From: Bacillota bacterium
GTDB lineage: Bacteria > Bacillota > Clostridia > Peptostreptococcales > Anaerovoracaceae
Reading direction: 5' to 3'
Assembly: GCA_017432725.1 (NCBI GenBank)
Contig: JAFRIQ010000036.1
Coordinates: 761-64,760, forward strand
Length of the DNA: 64,000 nucleotides
A program made the position numbers and the translations under genes. The notes beneath the pieces were generated by a model. The model was not told the DNA's origin, searched no databases, and worked only from the letters and a program-made list of their open reading frames with translations. Positions 63,660 to 64,000 of the stretch are shown in pieces; the stretch's first letter is position 1; each line of letters opens with the position of its first letter.

Positions 63660-64000
63660 ATGGCTTATCAGGTTCCGGCAGGAATATCCAACAAGCACAT
63701 CCACCTTTCCAGAAAAGACATGGACGTTCTTTTCGGCGAAGGCTCAGAACTTACAAAGAAGGGAGACCTCAAACAGCCTGGTCAGTTCGCGGCTGAAGAA
63801 CAGGTAGTTATCGAAGGCCCTAAGGGAAGCGCAAAACTCCGCGTACTCGGACCTTTCAGAAAAGAGACTCAGGTAGAGCTCGCTATGACCGATTGCAGAA
63901 CACTCGGTGTTTCCGCTCCTATCAGACAGAGCGGAGATCTTGAGGGAACGCCTGGGATCAAGATCACTGGACCTTGCGGCAGCGTAGAGATCGACCACGG
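63660..64000 (+). CDS. pduL: Phosphate propanoyltransferase PduL-like, 5' fragment (runs off the window)
   Basis: The ATG lies after AAGGAGGA. MAYQVPAGISNKHIHLSRKDMDVLFG..QPGQFAAEE.. matches the PduL repeat motif (ISNRHVHLS). It is not in the ORF track because no stop falls inside the window. Confidence 0.8.
   Translation, partial: MAYQVPAGISNKHIHLSRKDMDVLFGEGSELTKKGDLKQPGQFAAEEQVVIEGPKGSAKLRVLGPFRKETQVELAMTDCRTLGVSAPIRQSGDLEGTPGIKITGPCGSVEIDH

Noticed and set aside
1-64000. Search for CRISPR arrays, rRNA, transposases/IS elements, integrases, phage structural genes, toxin-antitoxin pairs and restriction-modification genes.
   Set aside because: - I saw no regularly spaced direct repeats, no rRNA-like segments and no ORF with DDE, tyrosine- or serine-recombinase, capsid/terminase or methyltransferase/restriction motifs.
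- The window appears to lack classical mobile elements and defence islands.
- The only defence-like candidate is the TIR-like gene reported above.

Overview
The window looks like a chromosomal segment of a Firmicutes/Clostridia-type anaerobe. Supporting signs are TTGACA/TATAAT-like promoters, AGGAGG ribosome-binding sites, the conserved tig-clpP-clpX-lon-engB order, PFOR, PduL and YacP-type domains. Most of it is ordinary core genome:
- translation and housekeeping genes: rpmI'-rplT, prfC, nrdR-cmk, tig/clpP/clpX/lon/engB/hpt, nifJ-type PFOR, cysE, ansA, pgeF
- five tRNAs: a Met(CAT)-His-Gln-Cys cluster and an isolated Ala(CGC)
- a GH13-GH1-GH36 glycosidase cluster
- several MFS and ABC transporters

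I found no rRNA, CRISPR array, transposase, integrase or prophage. All calls rest on reading the ORF translations and the DNA by eye; I ran no alignments or database searches.

The items most worth follow-up are:
1. A single-gene TIR-like (ThsB/DUF1863-like) plus multi-pass membrane protein directly behind the GH36 gene. It is a candidate stand-alone abortive-infection or defence effector.
2. An 850-aa fusion of a TetM/EF-G-like translational GTPase to a YacP/Rae1-like NYN ribonuclease domain.
3. Two paralogous 24-codon Tyr/Phe-rich upstream ORFs, each followed by a conserved hairpin and an intrinsic terminator, in front of two paralogous ABC substrate-binding-protein genes. These are candidate leader-peptide attenuators.
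4. A twice-occurring module of a URO-D-family (MtaA-like) protein followed by a conserved 44-49 aa microprotein that is missing from the ORF track.
5. A duplicated ~93-nt intergenic element (35-nt conserved core plus terminator) flanking a membrane-protein gene.
6. A Tad/CpaF-like secretion locus with degenerate P-loops and no visible pilin.
7. A same-strand cluster of a divergent GroES-less GroEL paralogue, a compact PMI-like cupin, and a MoxR ATPase with a His-rich tail plus a CoxE-like VWA protein.
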